Under the pieces are notes generated by a model. That model ran no database searches. It was not told the DNA's origin and worked only from the letters and a program-made list of their open reading frames with translations. This document shows, piece after piece, positions 1-12,790 of a DNA stretch of 64,000 bases. The stretch comes from Vicugna vicugna (taxonomy: Eukaryota). Both the position numbers and the translations under genes were made by a program. Every line of letters begins with the position of its first letter. Position 1 is the stretch's first letter. The DNA lies in contig MU058221.1 in the NCBI GenBank assembly GCA_013265495.1, positions 3,410,001 to 3,474,000 on the forward strand. Reading direction: 5' to 3'.

Positions 1-869
1 TTTAAGCACCGAGTCCTACTGATCCACATATTTGTGATAAGTTCCCGGTTCATAGTTGGATGAACAGTACTCACTTTGCAAACATTTATAGTAATGAGCT
101 TAACTGAATAGAGATGAATTTTTTAAAAAAAAAATACAATCTTGTTACATAAAAGAGGTTAACGTGGCCACTTTTTTGGAATACCGATGACATTAATGAG
201 ATAAGAGCATTAAGCTCTTTGTTGAAAGGCCTAAGAGAAGAATACAGACAAAAGATCTCACACTGACCCAGTCAAATCATCACAAAGACGCAAGTAAGGT
301 CAATCCCTAACTTTGCTGTGAAGGAATATAGTTGGTTGGATAACTTCAGTGAGCCCCTGGGTCCTAATCAAGACCCTCATTCTAGAAAGACAGTCTCCAT
401 TTGAATACCTGTCTTTCAGCACGCTCTCATTCTGGGCTAAGTCTCATAGCTCCTCTTCAGTCTAGTTTATGACTTCTAGGATTTTTTAAATCATAAAATC
501 TATTTTAAGTCTTCCAGAACTTCCTCTATTTTTGACTTCTGGCAGTAAAGGAGCAACTGTCTTCTCCCTTTGCACCAACAAAACTAGAAATTCTACTTAA
601 GAACCAGGGATCGTGGACATAGCCCTGCTTCATTGATGTGTCACACGGGGCTACCATTAACACTTCTGAGACTGAGAAATCCCATAGCATATAAGCTGGA
701 TAATTTATTTCTCTCATACAAAGTGTAGGGCAAATTATTTCTTAAGAGAAATCTACTTTATATTCAAGAATGCATGATTGTTCTTGGAGTCTTACAAATG
801 TTGAAATAATTTGAATCTGCAAGGGGAGGGGGTTGGGAACATATCTGTAGACTACTTAAATCCAGGGCA

Positions 870-1058
870 CTGAAATTGGACTGCTTCAGCTAAAATCACA
901 ACTACCATTTACAATCTGCGATACTGAAAAACATGCTTCATTTCTTGGTTCCTCCATCTGTAATAGGTAACTAATAAAAGCATTCGTGTGATAAAACTGT
1001 TTTGAAGATTCATGAGAAATTAATCGTGAGCAGTATCTCCCAACACGTAAAAAGTAGG
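870..1058 (+). mobile_element. MIR SINE, degenerate
   Basis: MIR core-like cttggttcctccatctgtaataggtaactaataa...tttgaagattcatgagaaattaat. Confidence 0.55.
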
Positions 1059-1364
1059 CAACAGCACATGTTTAACATCACATGTTGAAGTTTGTTTCTG
1101 TTCTTATGAAAAAGAATTACCATGTTGTTCATCTGAGCTTGACTCTACACAGAGTGAGGCTGAGACACTTCTAACAGGGTTTTCAAGCAGAGGAATAAAA
1201 TCTCTGCCTTCTGTGACCTGTGCTAGTATAAGGCACTGGTTAGCTCAAGTTGTCTAGAGAAAGCATCCGAACAAGAGGAAAGATGTAGCTCACACAGAAG
1301 CTTACAGTGAAGCGTCTTTGGGATAAATCACTTATTAAGATATATGTATATGGACACATACATA

Positions 1365-1950
1365 TATGTATTGAGCACCTCCATGTGCCAAGTTTTACAC
1401 AAGATGCTGCGGGATTCTAGATCAGCTATTAAACCATCCACGTTAGCACACTCAAGGAACATACAGGGGAACAAGCAAGAAAGCAACCATAACACAATGG
1501 AACAAGTGCCCTAAATATGTAAATACAAGCTCTGTAGAAAATGAAGTCCCTGTTATTTTCAGAGAAAGTGAGAATGATCTGCAGGGAAGGAGACATTGTC
1601 TATGCAAACTGACGCTTGAGAGCAAGTTTGTCAGGCAAATAAAAGGAAACAGCATGAGCAGAGAAAACAGAAAGAAAAGGCGAGGGCTCTCTGGAGATTC
1701 AGAAATGGTTTGGTTTGACTAATATACAGTACGTGGTGGATGGAGTCCAAGGGCTTGAGCAGGAGGAACAGGGGGAGAGGCTGAAACTAGCCCCTGGGAT
1801 TCATTATTAGAGATCGTACGTGGAAAGAGGCCTGTTCTGAATTCTGCCTGAGGATTGCAGGCAAGGGGCTGATATTCTCAGCATCCACAAGCGACTTTCG
1901 CTGGCTAAGTGCAGGAAGTGTGGGTGTGGGAGGAGAACAGAGCGTGCAGT
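1365..1950 (-). mobile_element. L2 LINE remnant (3' part)
   Basis: tattgagcacctccatgtgccaag...ctcaaggaac is the reverse complement of an L2 3' end; purine-rich L2-like body follows. Confidence 0.55.
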
Positions 1951-1957
1951 TCTAGAG

Positions 1958-2117
1958 CAGCTGTTCTCCAAATGTGGTCCCTGGACCAGAAGTATTAGCA
2001 TCACCTGGAAACTTGTCAGGCACGCAAATTCTCAGTCTCCGCCTTAGAAATCCTGAATCAGAAACTCTGGCGTGGAGCTCGATCATGGGTGTTTGAACAA
2101 GCCCTCTGGGTAATTCA
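1958..2117 (+). mobile_element. MER5A-like hAT-Charlie DNA transposon
   Basis: cagctgttctccaaatgtggtccctggaccagaagtattagcatcacctggaaacttgt...ctgaatcagaaactctgg...aacaagccctc matches recalled MER5A; preceded by hAT-type target ttctagag. Confidence 0.85.
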
Positions 2118-3589
2118 TCCTTCCACTGGCACTGGGATCCATGGTTCTCGATCAGTCTTCCTACCGGGAGAGTTGTGAGCTGTTTCCTAACAGCAGACAG
2201 TAAATACGGAGCTTGGGAAATAGTCCTGAGTCTGAATAAATGAGTGACCAGGTGTCACCAGCTGGCGCGAGGGAGATGCTGAGAATGAGTTTGGTGGGGC
2301 AGTCACGTCTATAAAGATTCAAAAGGAGATAAGGAATACAGAGTGAAGCAATGGGGTACTCCGGAGGGGGAAGGAGTTTAAAGGACTTGTCATAGTGAAA
2401 TATTACGGTCAGAATCTTGAACACCTGGCAGAAAAAGGTACCTATGTGATGGTTTCGAGGTAGAGTAACAGCTTTCTCTGCATCGTAGCTTTGGTCTAAC
2501 CTTGTCTACATTCCTCATGAACTTCAGTGGTTTGGGTGTTGGTCTGTATGAAAACAATGATTACGATTTTTAGTAGGGAAGGGCAAGAGCTGGAGAGAAA
2601 TCCGCGGAGGTGTATCATAGTCACTGAACTCTGGGTATGTCATAAGTGCAATTTCCACTCTCTTTCCTACATTGCCGCTAAGACTTTTCTGAATCCCATC
2701 CTCTGCCAACGTCTGCAAGCCCAGGTATTTGTGAATGCCACACATTTCAGCCTGAAGCTCTTCGTTTCTGCCTCTCAGGCCCCTGCCAATTCTCGGTTTG
2801 ACAGTGTGCTTTATCCAAGCCATCCGAACCGAGTTTATACGTGAAACTTCATGAGACACTTCAAATTCTTCACGTCAGTGCACGTATATAGCATCCACTG
2901 CATACTCTCAGCCACTAATCTTATAATCCTCTCTCGGTGAGTCTGACTGGCATGCTGTGCTCTCCTCCAGTTCCACTTAGACTCCCCGAAATCCTGGGCT
3001 CAGGAACAGTGGGGCAGTAGGCTGGGGAGCAGAGGCAGTGATGAGGGTGAGCAGCTGGGGGACACAGGTCAATCCAGAGTAGCTATAAAGCAAAATGATG
3101 CCAATGGGTATGCAGAGTGGAGAAGGGAGGAAAGACCCCAGCCCTGCTTCCACAAGGGGAGTACAAAGAGAGGACATTTTTTTTTCTATGATCTGCCCCA
3201 GAGATTATAATGGAAAGGTAGTCCCTTATTTTCAGGGATCTCCTTTAAGCCACAAGAATGCAAGAGACATGTTTTTGTCTCCTTCACTGCTCTAACCTAC
3301 CTGCTCATTGCAAACCCTGTCATGAATCAGGCCCTCCTAAATAATTCACTGCAATGTATGAATGAATTCAATTCACAGGTTTGCAGCTCCATTTCCTTCC
3401 GGCCCTGGCATTCCACCTAACATCCACAACATCACTGGGATGTGTGCATCGCCTGCTGGATACTTCTGACGACCAAATCTTGCCACTGCATCTGAAAGCT
3501 AGAATGAGACAGGTGGTTCATTCTAAAGTACAATGTGCTTAGTCATCTTCCAGGGATCCAAGAGAGAGCAGTAAACTCTATAGGATGTC

Positions 3590-3807
3590 AAGGGCCGCCA
3601 CAATTCTCCAAAGGGCAGACAATAAATATTTTAGTGTCTGCAGCCCACACAATCTCTGCTGCTAGGACTCAGTCCTGCAGCTGTGGCATGAAAGCAGCCA
3701 CAGACAATATATAAACAAATGTGCATGATTGTGTCCCAATAAAACTTTATTTACAAAAACAGATATTGGGGCAGATTTAGCCTCTGGGCTCTACTTTGCC
3801 TGCTTCC
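3590..3807 (-). mobile_element. MER58A-like hAT-Charlie DNA transposon
   Basis: aaagcagccacagacaatatataaacaaat...ccaataaaactttatttacaaaaacag is the reverse complement of the MER58A core. Confidence 0.8.
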
Positions 3808-3954
3808 AAGGATAGATCAAAGCCTTTGATGCCTCTGTATCTGAGTCGTTCTGACACTGTAGCAAGACATATTATCAAAATACTGCTCTGTGTGCTCCCA
3901 TTGAATAATGAAAGAAGCAGAATCATTGAGGCTAAAGCATTCATTGTGAAAACA

Positions 3955-4151
3955 TGAATTGGAAAGCCAGATTGCCAACTTTACACCCAGCTTGTCTATT
4001 CATTATATGCCCTCGGCCAGTAGGCTTACTTGCTGTAGCCTCAGTTTTCCCATACACAGAATGAGAAAAGACCACGTACCTGCATTTTAAGGTTCTTAGG
4101 AAAATAATCCTTGTTAAACATGGCAGTGACTGGAACAGAGTAAGAACTCAA
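3955..4151 (+). mobile_element. MIR SINE
   Basis: gcctcagttttcccatacacagaatgag core and tggaacagagtaagaactcaa 3' end. Confidence 0.6.
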
Positions 4152-4414
4152 GGGAAGGCGTGCTGGAAGAGAAATGGAAGCTCAAGATTGAGTGATCTGC
4201 TCAAGTTCCAACGGCTTTGACAGCTGATGTTTCATACAACCACCTAATGCTTTTCCATCGTGAAATGGTACAACCATGCCCTGCAGTTTCACAGGTCGGA
4301 GAAGTGCGTTTGCACCTTTCTGTGACATGAGCCAACATAACTGAATCCATCTGAGAAATACAGTGTGCCGATGGGCGGAGACACCCATTGCCTCACTCAC
4401 AGCCATGTGCTACC

Positions 4415-4610
4415 ATGTTGTGCGGTCTTTCTAGCTAATGATTGACGTCAGGCAGCATCTGCTTTTGCTTTTTCACCATCGGCTTTCAGATTAGCTAAGA
4501 ATATATCTCAGCATTTCAATCATTTTATGAAAAAAGTTGATGGAACATGGCGGGGGGGGGTCGTGCGCACACACACGCTTGGGGACAAACTAAACTGCTG
4601 ACTCAGCGTG
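4415..4610. promoter_or_regulatory. Candidate intronic enhancer (RUNX, CRE and MARE/ARE motifs)
   Basis: TGCGGT 4421-4426, TGACGTCA 4443-4450, TGCTGACTCAGC 4596-4607 in repeat-free sequence. Confidence 0.35.
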
Positions 4611-5263
4611 CAACACACAAACTGTGTGTATTATTCTGTTCCCTGCATCACAGTCACTCAGGATTCACTACTGAGTCCCTCTGTAACCTGACTTTCCAAG
4701 ATACCTGCTGACAGACACTCATTTCAGGTTGATTTTGGGGACTTGAGTAATTATCAGGGTGGACGTGGTCATATCATAAAAGGTAAAGTGCAATTAAATC
4801 AGACAGAGCTGCTGATTTCTTACCATAAACAGTTAACAAGGTACAAGTGGCATACTTGATGCATGACTGAAATCAGGGGAAAGAAGCCCTATTGCAAATG
4901 GGAGAAAAACAACTTCATTCACATGCGTTCATATCAAAACATTTTTTAAAGTGTTTCATGGAACCACCAACTATTAAGTGTCAGCAGAGACTTGGCCTTA
5001 TGTATCACCACGAAGGAGAAACAAACACAGAAAGTAGGTCACACGCCTCCCGGTCTGTATTTTTCCCATTAAACTGTGCTATTGTAGACATCAGACGCAT
5101 CCAACACACCACGTGTTCGTCTGTGTGAGAAGAACTTCAGGCGTTCTTTAGTCTCCGCTGAATTACAGCCACAGAAACCTAAATAAGCGAATTATTCCAA
5201 CATCATTTTTATATGTGCAAAGTTGTTCAGCATCTTTAAAATAACACTTGCATCCAAGAAGTT

Positions 5264-5354
5264 GGGGGGCTGGTATAGCTCAGTGGTAGAGCGCATGCTT
5301 AGCATGCATGAGGTCCTGGGTTCAATCCCCAGCACTTCCATTAAAAAAAAAAAA
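5264..5354 (+). mobile_element. tRNA-Ala(AGC)-derived SINE (camelid vic-1-like), short form
   Basis: ggtatagctcagtggtagagcgcatgcttagcatgcatgaggtcctgggttcaatccccagcacttcca (A box, AGC anticodon loop, B box) followed by an A12 tail. Confidence 0.9.
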
Positions 5355-5894
5355 GTGTGACTCTGAGTATTGCCCACCCTCTTTGTTGCATAACTGAATC
5401 GCTTCCTCTGAGAGCCTCATGCCCACGGCTCAGCTCGCACCCTAGGAAGGAGATGGAAGTTTCCTTCAGAACAAAGAGGTTACAAATCAGGTGAATTATT
5501 TGTCTCCTTTTAGGAAAATTATAGTTTTTTAAATGCCAGCATTTTACAATAAGAGAAAGAACACTCAATTTGAAATCTACTTACTGCCACCAAACCCAGG
5601 CCACTTCAGGCCTCGGAGTTGATGCCTGCCAGGAGGGACAAGACCCAGGGAAGGACTTGGAGTATTCAGAGAGCCTGCATTTTCCAGGTCAGAGATTCGA
5701 GGGCAGAGGAAAGAGAGAGCCAGCACATAACACCGGGCATGACCCCTTTCCCTCGGGAGGTGGGAAAGGGAGAGGAAGGTCTGGACGGCTGTGACCAGTG
5801 TCTGAGGCCGTGCAGAGCAGCGCCCAAGACGTAAGAGAAAGTCTGCACACGACCCCTTCTAAGGAGGGGAAGGGCAGGGGCACAGGCTCCAGAC

Positions 5895-6075
5895 GTGAGA
5901 TGTCTGCAGGGACGAGCCCCGCGCCGTGTTCCTGGCGTCCCCTCAGCGGCCCGGGCGGCGCTGGGCCCCCGGTGTTCTGCTGGCTCTGGTGCGCGCCAGA
6001 CAGGGGCCAGCCGCTGGTCCCGGGGCCAGAGGGAGGGTGAGGCAGCGGAGAAAGCATGCTCCTCCACCTTCTCTA
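5895..6075. promoter_or_regulatory. Small intronic CpG/GC-rich cluster (possible alternative promoter or enhancer)
   Basis: High GC with many CpGs (gcgccg, cggcccgggcggcg, gcgcgcc) against an AT-rich background; not recognisably a repeat. Confidence 0.45.
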
Positions 6076-7232
6076 GGTCTCTCGGCTGGCTCTAAGAGTT
6101 AAACTGATATAAGATAAATTAACAGGATAAATGAATAGGAGTGTAACTAATCTCAAAATTATACCTTTTGGTAGAAGCGAAGAAAAACAGCCAAGTCCAG
6201 AGACACACACAGAAAAAGGCCAATATCTGGTTTGATTTGCATATTTTAAACAAGTCAAGTTCACTGTCATTATAAAATGCTGAATTCTATTAATGCCTTA
6301 ATTTTTCGGGATTTAAAAAGTGAATTCCCATCAATTGAGGCTTTTTGAATTACCCTTTAAGAAGTTAATTGTCCACCTATTAGACGATATAGATTAGACA
6401 CATTAAGTTCTTGAGCTCACACCAGAAAATGAATATTTGAAGGATAACAAATAAAAGACTCAGTTATATGCCTATTAAAGCAAGGTACAGGGAGAGTGTT
6501 GTTCCCCATGGACTGCAGAGTTCATCTAATACTCTGAGAGTTTAAGGCATGAATCAAAGAAATCCCAATTTTTTAAAATTGAAATCTGAGTCAATCAAGG
6601 AAATACAATGGTGAACCACCAAAAAAAAAAAAAAAAAAGGCAAGTCTGGGGAACAGAGATTCTTTTACAAGGCTATATTTTTGGCCTATCACTGTGTGAC
6701 CTTAGATAATTTATTAAGCTCTCTGGCCCTTAGCTTCACAATGGATGAAACTCTAAATGTATAATATATATTTTTACTACAATAAAAGGAAACAATGTAA
6801 ATACCTATTTAAAATGTTATTCAGTTAGTTTTTAATCACCTTTAGATGGATTATCTCATTATATTATATGCATTACTAAGTTACACAAATTATATGTATT
6901 GATTTCCCAGATTTATTCATAAAAACATTTAACCTGTCATCCACTTCCTCTGAGTTTTTTTTTTTTCTGTTTAGCACTTATCATCCCCACACACTAAAGT
7001 TTAAGTCCCATTAGAGCAGGAACTTTGTGGGTTTTGCTCATTGGTTTTTCTTTTGTACAGACTGATGTGTAATACATTGTTATCAAGTAAAATGTATCAT
7101 TCAGAATTCCCTAGAGTAGGCTACAGTAACTAAAACATGCAAATCTTAGTCCCTCAACATGTACAAACGTGTATTAAAGTTTTGTTCACACGTGTCCGTG
7201 ACGAGTCAGCAAGGATGTGCGTCTAAGGGTCA

Positions 7233-7338
7233 TGTTATGGGCTGTGTTGTGCCCCTTCATGATTCACACGCTGAAGTACTACACCTCAGCACCGTGGAGC
7301 TCACCTGTATTTGCAGATGGAGCCTTTAAAGAGGTAAT
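7233..7338 (+). mobile_element. MLT1B-like MaLR LTR, 5' fragment
   Basis: tgttatgggctg...ctgtatttgcagatggagcctttaaagaggtaat matches the recalled MLT1B start; truncated by the adjacent L1. Confidence 0.7.
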
Positions 7339-7344
7339 CTTCGC

Positions 7345-9290
7345 CTTAAGATTTTTTCCTACACACTAGCAATGAACAATCAGCAAATAAAATTAAGAAA
7401 ACAAATCCATGCATGAGAGCATAAGGAAGATTAAAAAACTTAGGTATAAATCTAACAAGGAAAGTTCAAGGTTCATGTACTGAAAAATACAAAACATTAT
7501 TAAAAGAAACCAAAGAACTAAATAAATGGAAAAACATCCTATATTCATGGATTTGAAGCCTTAAGTCTTAGGATGATACATCGCCTAAATGGATTTATAG
7601 ACTCAGTGCAATCCAGCCGCTTTTGCAGACATGTGTAAGCTGATCCTAAAGTTCGTACGAAGGACCCAGGGGAGCCAAAACAACTTGGAAAGAACAAAGT
7701 TGGGAGATTCACACTTTGCATTTCCAAAATTTACTAAAAAGTCACGGTAATCAAAACAGTGTGGTCCTGGCACAGGGGCAGACACACAGAACAACGGGAT
7801 AGAATTGTAAGTCTGGAAGTAAACATTTACGTTTTTGTTCAATTTATTTTTGACAGGTTGTCAAGAAATTAACTACCGACTGAAGGTTCATGTCCCCCCA
7901 AAATGTGTATGCTGAAACCTTCAATGCAATGGTATTCAGCCGTGTGGCCTTTGGGAGGCGATTAGATCAGGAGGACAGAGCCCTCATGAGTGGCATTAGT
8001 GCCCTTAGAAGAGAGACCCCAGAAAATGCCCTTGTTCCGTCCACCATATGAGGTTGCAGGGGACAATGGCTCTCTATGACCCACGATGCTGCGTCTCACC
8101 AGACACTGAATCTTCTGGCACTTGACTTAGGACTTCCCAGCCTCCAGCATTGGGAGTAATACATTTCTGTTGTTCATACGCCACCTGGTCTACGGTATTC
8201 TGTCATAGCGGTCCAACAGACTAACGAAAAATTTAACGGCAAAAAGATGGTCTTTTTAACCAATGGTGCCAGGGCAACTGGATATCCACGTGCAGAAGAA
8301 TGAAGTGGGACTCCTACCTCACCACACACACACTATTTAAATAAAAATGGATCAAAGGGCTACATGTAAAAAGTAAAACTATGAGACTCTTACAATACAC
8401 AGATATATATCTTCATGAACTTGGATTATGCAATATTTCCTTAAACATAACATGGAAAAGAAAAGCAACCAAATTAAAAATGGATACATCGGACTTCCTC
8501 ACATTGATAATCTTCCGTTCTTCAAAAGACAGTATTAAGAAAGTGAAAAGACAACTCCACGAACTGAAGACATATTTGTAAATCATGCATCTGATAAACA
8601 CCTGGCACCTTCAGTACATAAAGCAGTGTTGCCACTCAATAATAAAAAGACAAATAACTCAACAATAACAGATTTGAATAGGTATTTCTCCAAAAAATAC
8701 ATAGAGGGCAAATGAGCACAAAAAAGATGCTCACGGTCATTAATCATCAGGGAAATGTAAACCAAAAGCACAGCGTCACCCCCTCCACACACGCTGGGCT
8801 GGCTATTGCCAAAAGGCAAATGGGACCAAGTCTTGAGCGTAGAGAAATCGGGACTCTAACGCACTGCTAGTGGGAATGTAAAACGATGCATCCACTTTGG
8901 AAACCAGTCTGACAAGTCCTCAAAAGATCAAACCAGGTTACTACATGACCCAGCAACTCTATTCCTAGGTACCTAACACGAGATTTGAAAGCACATGCAC
9001 ACATACCACAAAAACTTTACTTGAATGTTCACAGAAGCATTCTTCATAATACCCCAAATGTGGAAACAACCCAAATGTTCAACTGTTGACTGGCTGAAAA
9101 AATGCAGTATAACCTTACAATGGACTATTACTCAGTTATACAAAAGGGAGCACAACACTGACTCACGCTAGAACACAGACGAATCTTGAAAGAATTATTA
9201 TGCACAGTGAAAGCAGCCAGACAAAAAAGGCCACGTACTGCATGGTTCCAATTATATGAAATGTATAAGATAGGAAAATCCATAGAAAGA
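7345..9290 (+). mobile_element. Old L1 (L1M-type), ORF2 3' half plus 3' UTR, interrupted by an MLT1A0 LTR
   Basis: aatggaaaaacatcctatattcatggatt, taatcaaaacagtgtggtcctggc, ggaaacaacccaaatgttcaac etc.; many stops and frameshifts. Confidence 0.9.
7871..8228 (+). mobile_element. MLT1A0-like solo MaLR LTR inserted in L1
   Basis: Full-length resemblance to MLT1A0; 5-bp TSD AAATT at 7866-7870 and 8229-8233; the L1 reads continuously across it. Confidence 0.9.
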
Positions 9291-11585
9291 GCTAATTATC
9301 TGCATACTGTCTTTCTGTTATCAGAGCATCAGTGCAATGATCAGGAAGAGTGCCTGTTTGAGGTTTTGAACTGAGAGTCTCACGGAGACACGTCACGTAA
9401 GTTTTTTTTTTTTTCCAAGTTGTGTACGCTGTGTAAAATCGGAAAGAGGGAAATATTTCAGAAGGAGATGACAGTACATTCAAAGGACACAAAAAGAACT
9501 GGGTTAGTGGGCATTCTAAATGTTTAGTTAGCTGACTAGTTATCTCAGATATGGGAAGTTTAAAAAAAAAAAAAGGCAAGTGCCTAGATGTAACTCAAGA
9601 GTTCATGAATTACAAAACCTACGTCACAAGTTATGATGGGAGGGTCCTGGGGACCTCTAGCTCTGAAAACGTCTCCTAGGCATCTATAATGTGCAAATGG
9701 ATATCACTGCTATATGTACTATACAGTGATTATTTATACAGATATGAGTCTCCTGGAGGGCATGAACCAGACTTTACTTACATGTTTATCTTTCAAACCA
9801 AGTCCACAGCAGTTTTTCAGTGAAGTTCTCACCATAACTTGATACACACATGAATAGGTAACATTAACTTGCAATCAGCAGGGCCAAATTATATCAAAGA
9901 TTTTGGCTGGAAATAACTTCTTAATATTCGAGTTACCAAAAGGACAGCCACCTGCAAAGTTCCTGGTGATCTTGTTAAATGACTTTTTTTTTTTTAACCA
10001 GTAAACTCTATTGACTTGGCTTCCTTTTTCAGATCTGAATCTGAGCATCTGTATCTTATTAATGTCATCAGCTGCCATATTTCAGTGCAAGGCATTTTAT
10101 GGGAACCTGTCATTAACAGTAAAAAAAACGAATTGCAAGTTGCATGCTACATTAATTTTTCCCCATAAACAAACATCTGAGAAGTAAAACATATGCTAAT
10201 AGAGAACTGATAATTTTAGCCACCTACCTGCGAAGACAGATGGAAGGCACCTCAGAAAGAATTTTGATAAGCGGGGGACTGCAAGCCAAAACACTCCTTT
10301 GTAAGGTCTTGACAAGTTCCTTGTCATCTGTTGTCATGTTTACAACTTCAGGTGACATTTTCCTACATCAGCTTACCTTCATTTCTGAACTCCCATTGGA
10401 TTTTCTGTGTGACAACTACGATCCAACTCAAGCGTGTGGCTTTGATTCTCGCACTTCTGCGCTAACACAGGTCTGAAGACCTCACCTGTCCTTCCTCCTG
10501 GCTTCACACTGGTCGAAGCCTATGCCAGCTGGGACAGATCATTCTATCTACTCTTCAGTTAATTAAAACGCATGCTCTCTGAGTATTCTTTTTAGAGGGT
10601 TCTCCAGGAATGAAATCTCAGATACAGCCTGACTCAGATAAACAGATAAACGGACTTCCTGATACCTGAGTATCCACATACCCTCTAGGCTATGTTGCAG
10701 CAAACACGGTGATAAATAAATCTCCTCCTTGTCGATTGAAACGGAGAACCGCTGGGCATGTCACAGTTTCCATTTTAAAAAATTTTGTAATGTATTTATT
10801 GACCATTCGAATTTCTCTTTCTGTGAAATACCTGTATAACACTCTAGCCATCTATTTTTTTTTTTTTTTGCTTTTTTGCTTTATGTTTCCCATTTTTATC
10901 ACTGGAAACCTGAAGAAGATAACAGGAGGCTACATCCATATACAGTTTTAGTTTAACTCATTTGACCATTATTTTCTCTTTCAAATAACTATAGTTTTGA
11001 CTAATTCCTCCCCCCACACACAGGATTCAACAATTTAGGAAAAATGACTGAACTGGCTTTCAGTACCTATGCACGTTGCAAGGGTGAAAGATAAAGGAGA
11101 AAATAGGAACTTTACAAATTTTATTCAACCGTACTAAAATAGCTGCCATTGAAGAGGCAGAAATGTGCAGACTGTAACTAATTATTGAGAGCTGGTTTAA
11201 TTGAGCTGAAGGAATTAAAATGCCTGTGTCCCTCATATAGCGAGATATAGTTTGGCATGGTTTAAAGTGAGATTTGTCATTTTGGGCAAATGTGATACAT
11301 ACTCATATAATGTAAACAATATGCCAGAAAGTACAGAGCAGAAAGAAAGGCAAAGCAAGCAAGAAAAATCGCTGAAGTTTCATTATCATTAACATTTTAG
11401 TGACTTCTCAATATCTACTAACACACACAGACACAGAGACTTTCAATTATAGACTTACTGGTATTCTAGTACCCAATTTAAGCAATAAGCCTTTCCAGTC
11501 AAACATATACTGAGGAGAAATGCACCTGTCAAAAACATCAACTATCCTCATCATTACCAATGTACACCTAGTTTTTGTATTGTAT

Positions 11586-11719
11586 CTATTTTTTCTTTTT
11601 TTTGATGGGGGGAGGTAATTAGATTGACTTATTTATTCGTAGAGGGGGTACTGGGGGTTGAACCCAGAACCTCATGCATGCTAAGCATGCGCTCTACCAC
11701 TTGAGCTATACCCTCCCCC
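11586..11719 (-). mobile_element. tRNA-Ala-derived SINE (vic-1-like), long form
   Basis: Reverse complement gives a tRNA-Ala head, the unique tail aataaataagtcaatctaattacctcccccc and an A tail; perfect 17-bp TSD tagtttttgtattgtat at 11569-11585 and 11720-11736. Confidence 0.92.
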
Positions 11720-12596
11720 TAGTTTTTGTATTGTATACATATACCATAGTTTGTTTACCCAGTCCCTCATTTTTATACAAATTTTGATTCTTCCATAAAC
11801 AAACTTATGAATATGTATTTTCACAAGTACACGCTGTTCCTTAGGGTAAATCGTACATAATCCCTGAAAAATGAGTATGACGACTTCACATACCTTGTTA
11901 ATTTATGGTCCGTCTGAACAAGGCACGTTTCTTGACCATTTTTTCAGACTAAGAATTAAAAAACACATATGTATGTGTATATAATCCTCACATTTTGCAT
12001 ATGAGGGATCTGTTTTCCTTATCTGCTCATAGACGTGTTATAGTTCTTAGGGCCTGCACACACGTGATAGCTAACGGTCAACAATTACCATAATTCACAT
12101 TTACACCATCGGGAGCAAGCCAAGGACAAAGCCGGCGGGCCGGCAAGGCCCGCAGAGCCGTTCTCGCGGATGGCTATCCGCCGCCGCGCTGGCTGGCGGC
12201 TGTTCTGTCCCGCTCCCTTGGCCAGCAGGTGTAATGGCACGAGACTAAGTGTTCCTCGCTGAGCCCGCACTTTTACGACCCATCTGCTCAAGCAGGAAGG
12301 GGCGAGGCGGGCGGGATTCTCCACGCCACGACAGGGCTTAGGCAGAAGCAAACGCAGGCGGCGATTTTAACCGTCTTTGCAGAGGTCGGACGCACATTTT
12401 GCCATTCATGTTAAAGGTGCATCCGCACGCCTGTGGAAGCCATGATTAGGAAAGAGTGGGCTTTGAAACAAAACTCTTTCTCTTACATTTAAGATCTTTG
12501 CTTCCTCCCTCCCTCTCTCCCTCTCCCTTTCTTTTCCTTTCTTTCATGGAACTCGAGGTCTGGCGGAGGCCGAGGCCGAGGCCGGGCCGAGCCTAC

Positions 12597-12790
12597 CTGG
12601 GGCAGCCGGGCAGGAGGACGGGCGGGTCGCGCCACAGCCCGCGGGCAGGGACCGGGCGCGACCGCCGCCGCGAGGGCTGGGAGGCGGTGGGGCGCNNNNN
12701 NNNNNNNNNNNNNNNNNNNNNNNNNNNNNNNNNNNNNNNNNNNNNNNNNNNNNNNNNNNNNNNNNNNNNNNNNNCAGGGGGCGGGGCGGC
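12597..12790 (-). other. Probable non-coding first exon of an unidentified minus-strand gene (5' boundary uncertain)
   Basis: Splice donor CCCCAG|GTAGGC on the minus strand at 12597/12596 in the island core; no ATG-led ORF visible in the sequenced part. Confidence 0.55.
12696..12774. other. Assembly gap (79 N)
   Basis: Run of n characters inside the GC-richest part of the island. Confidence 1.

Noticed and set aside
5264..5340. Functional tRNA-Ala(AGC) gene
   Set aside because: The acceptor stem cannot pair (5' gctggta versus 3' cacttcc), it is followed by poly-A rather than a T-run terminator, and related SINE copies occur in the window.
5570..6095. Overlapping ORFs of 66-133 aa
   Set aside because: GC-content artefacts with no recognisable protein similarity.
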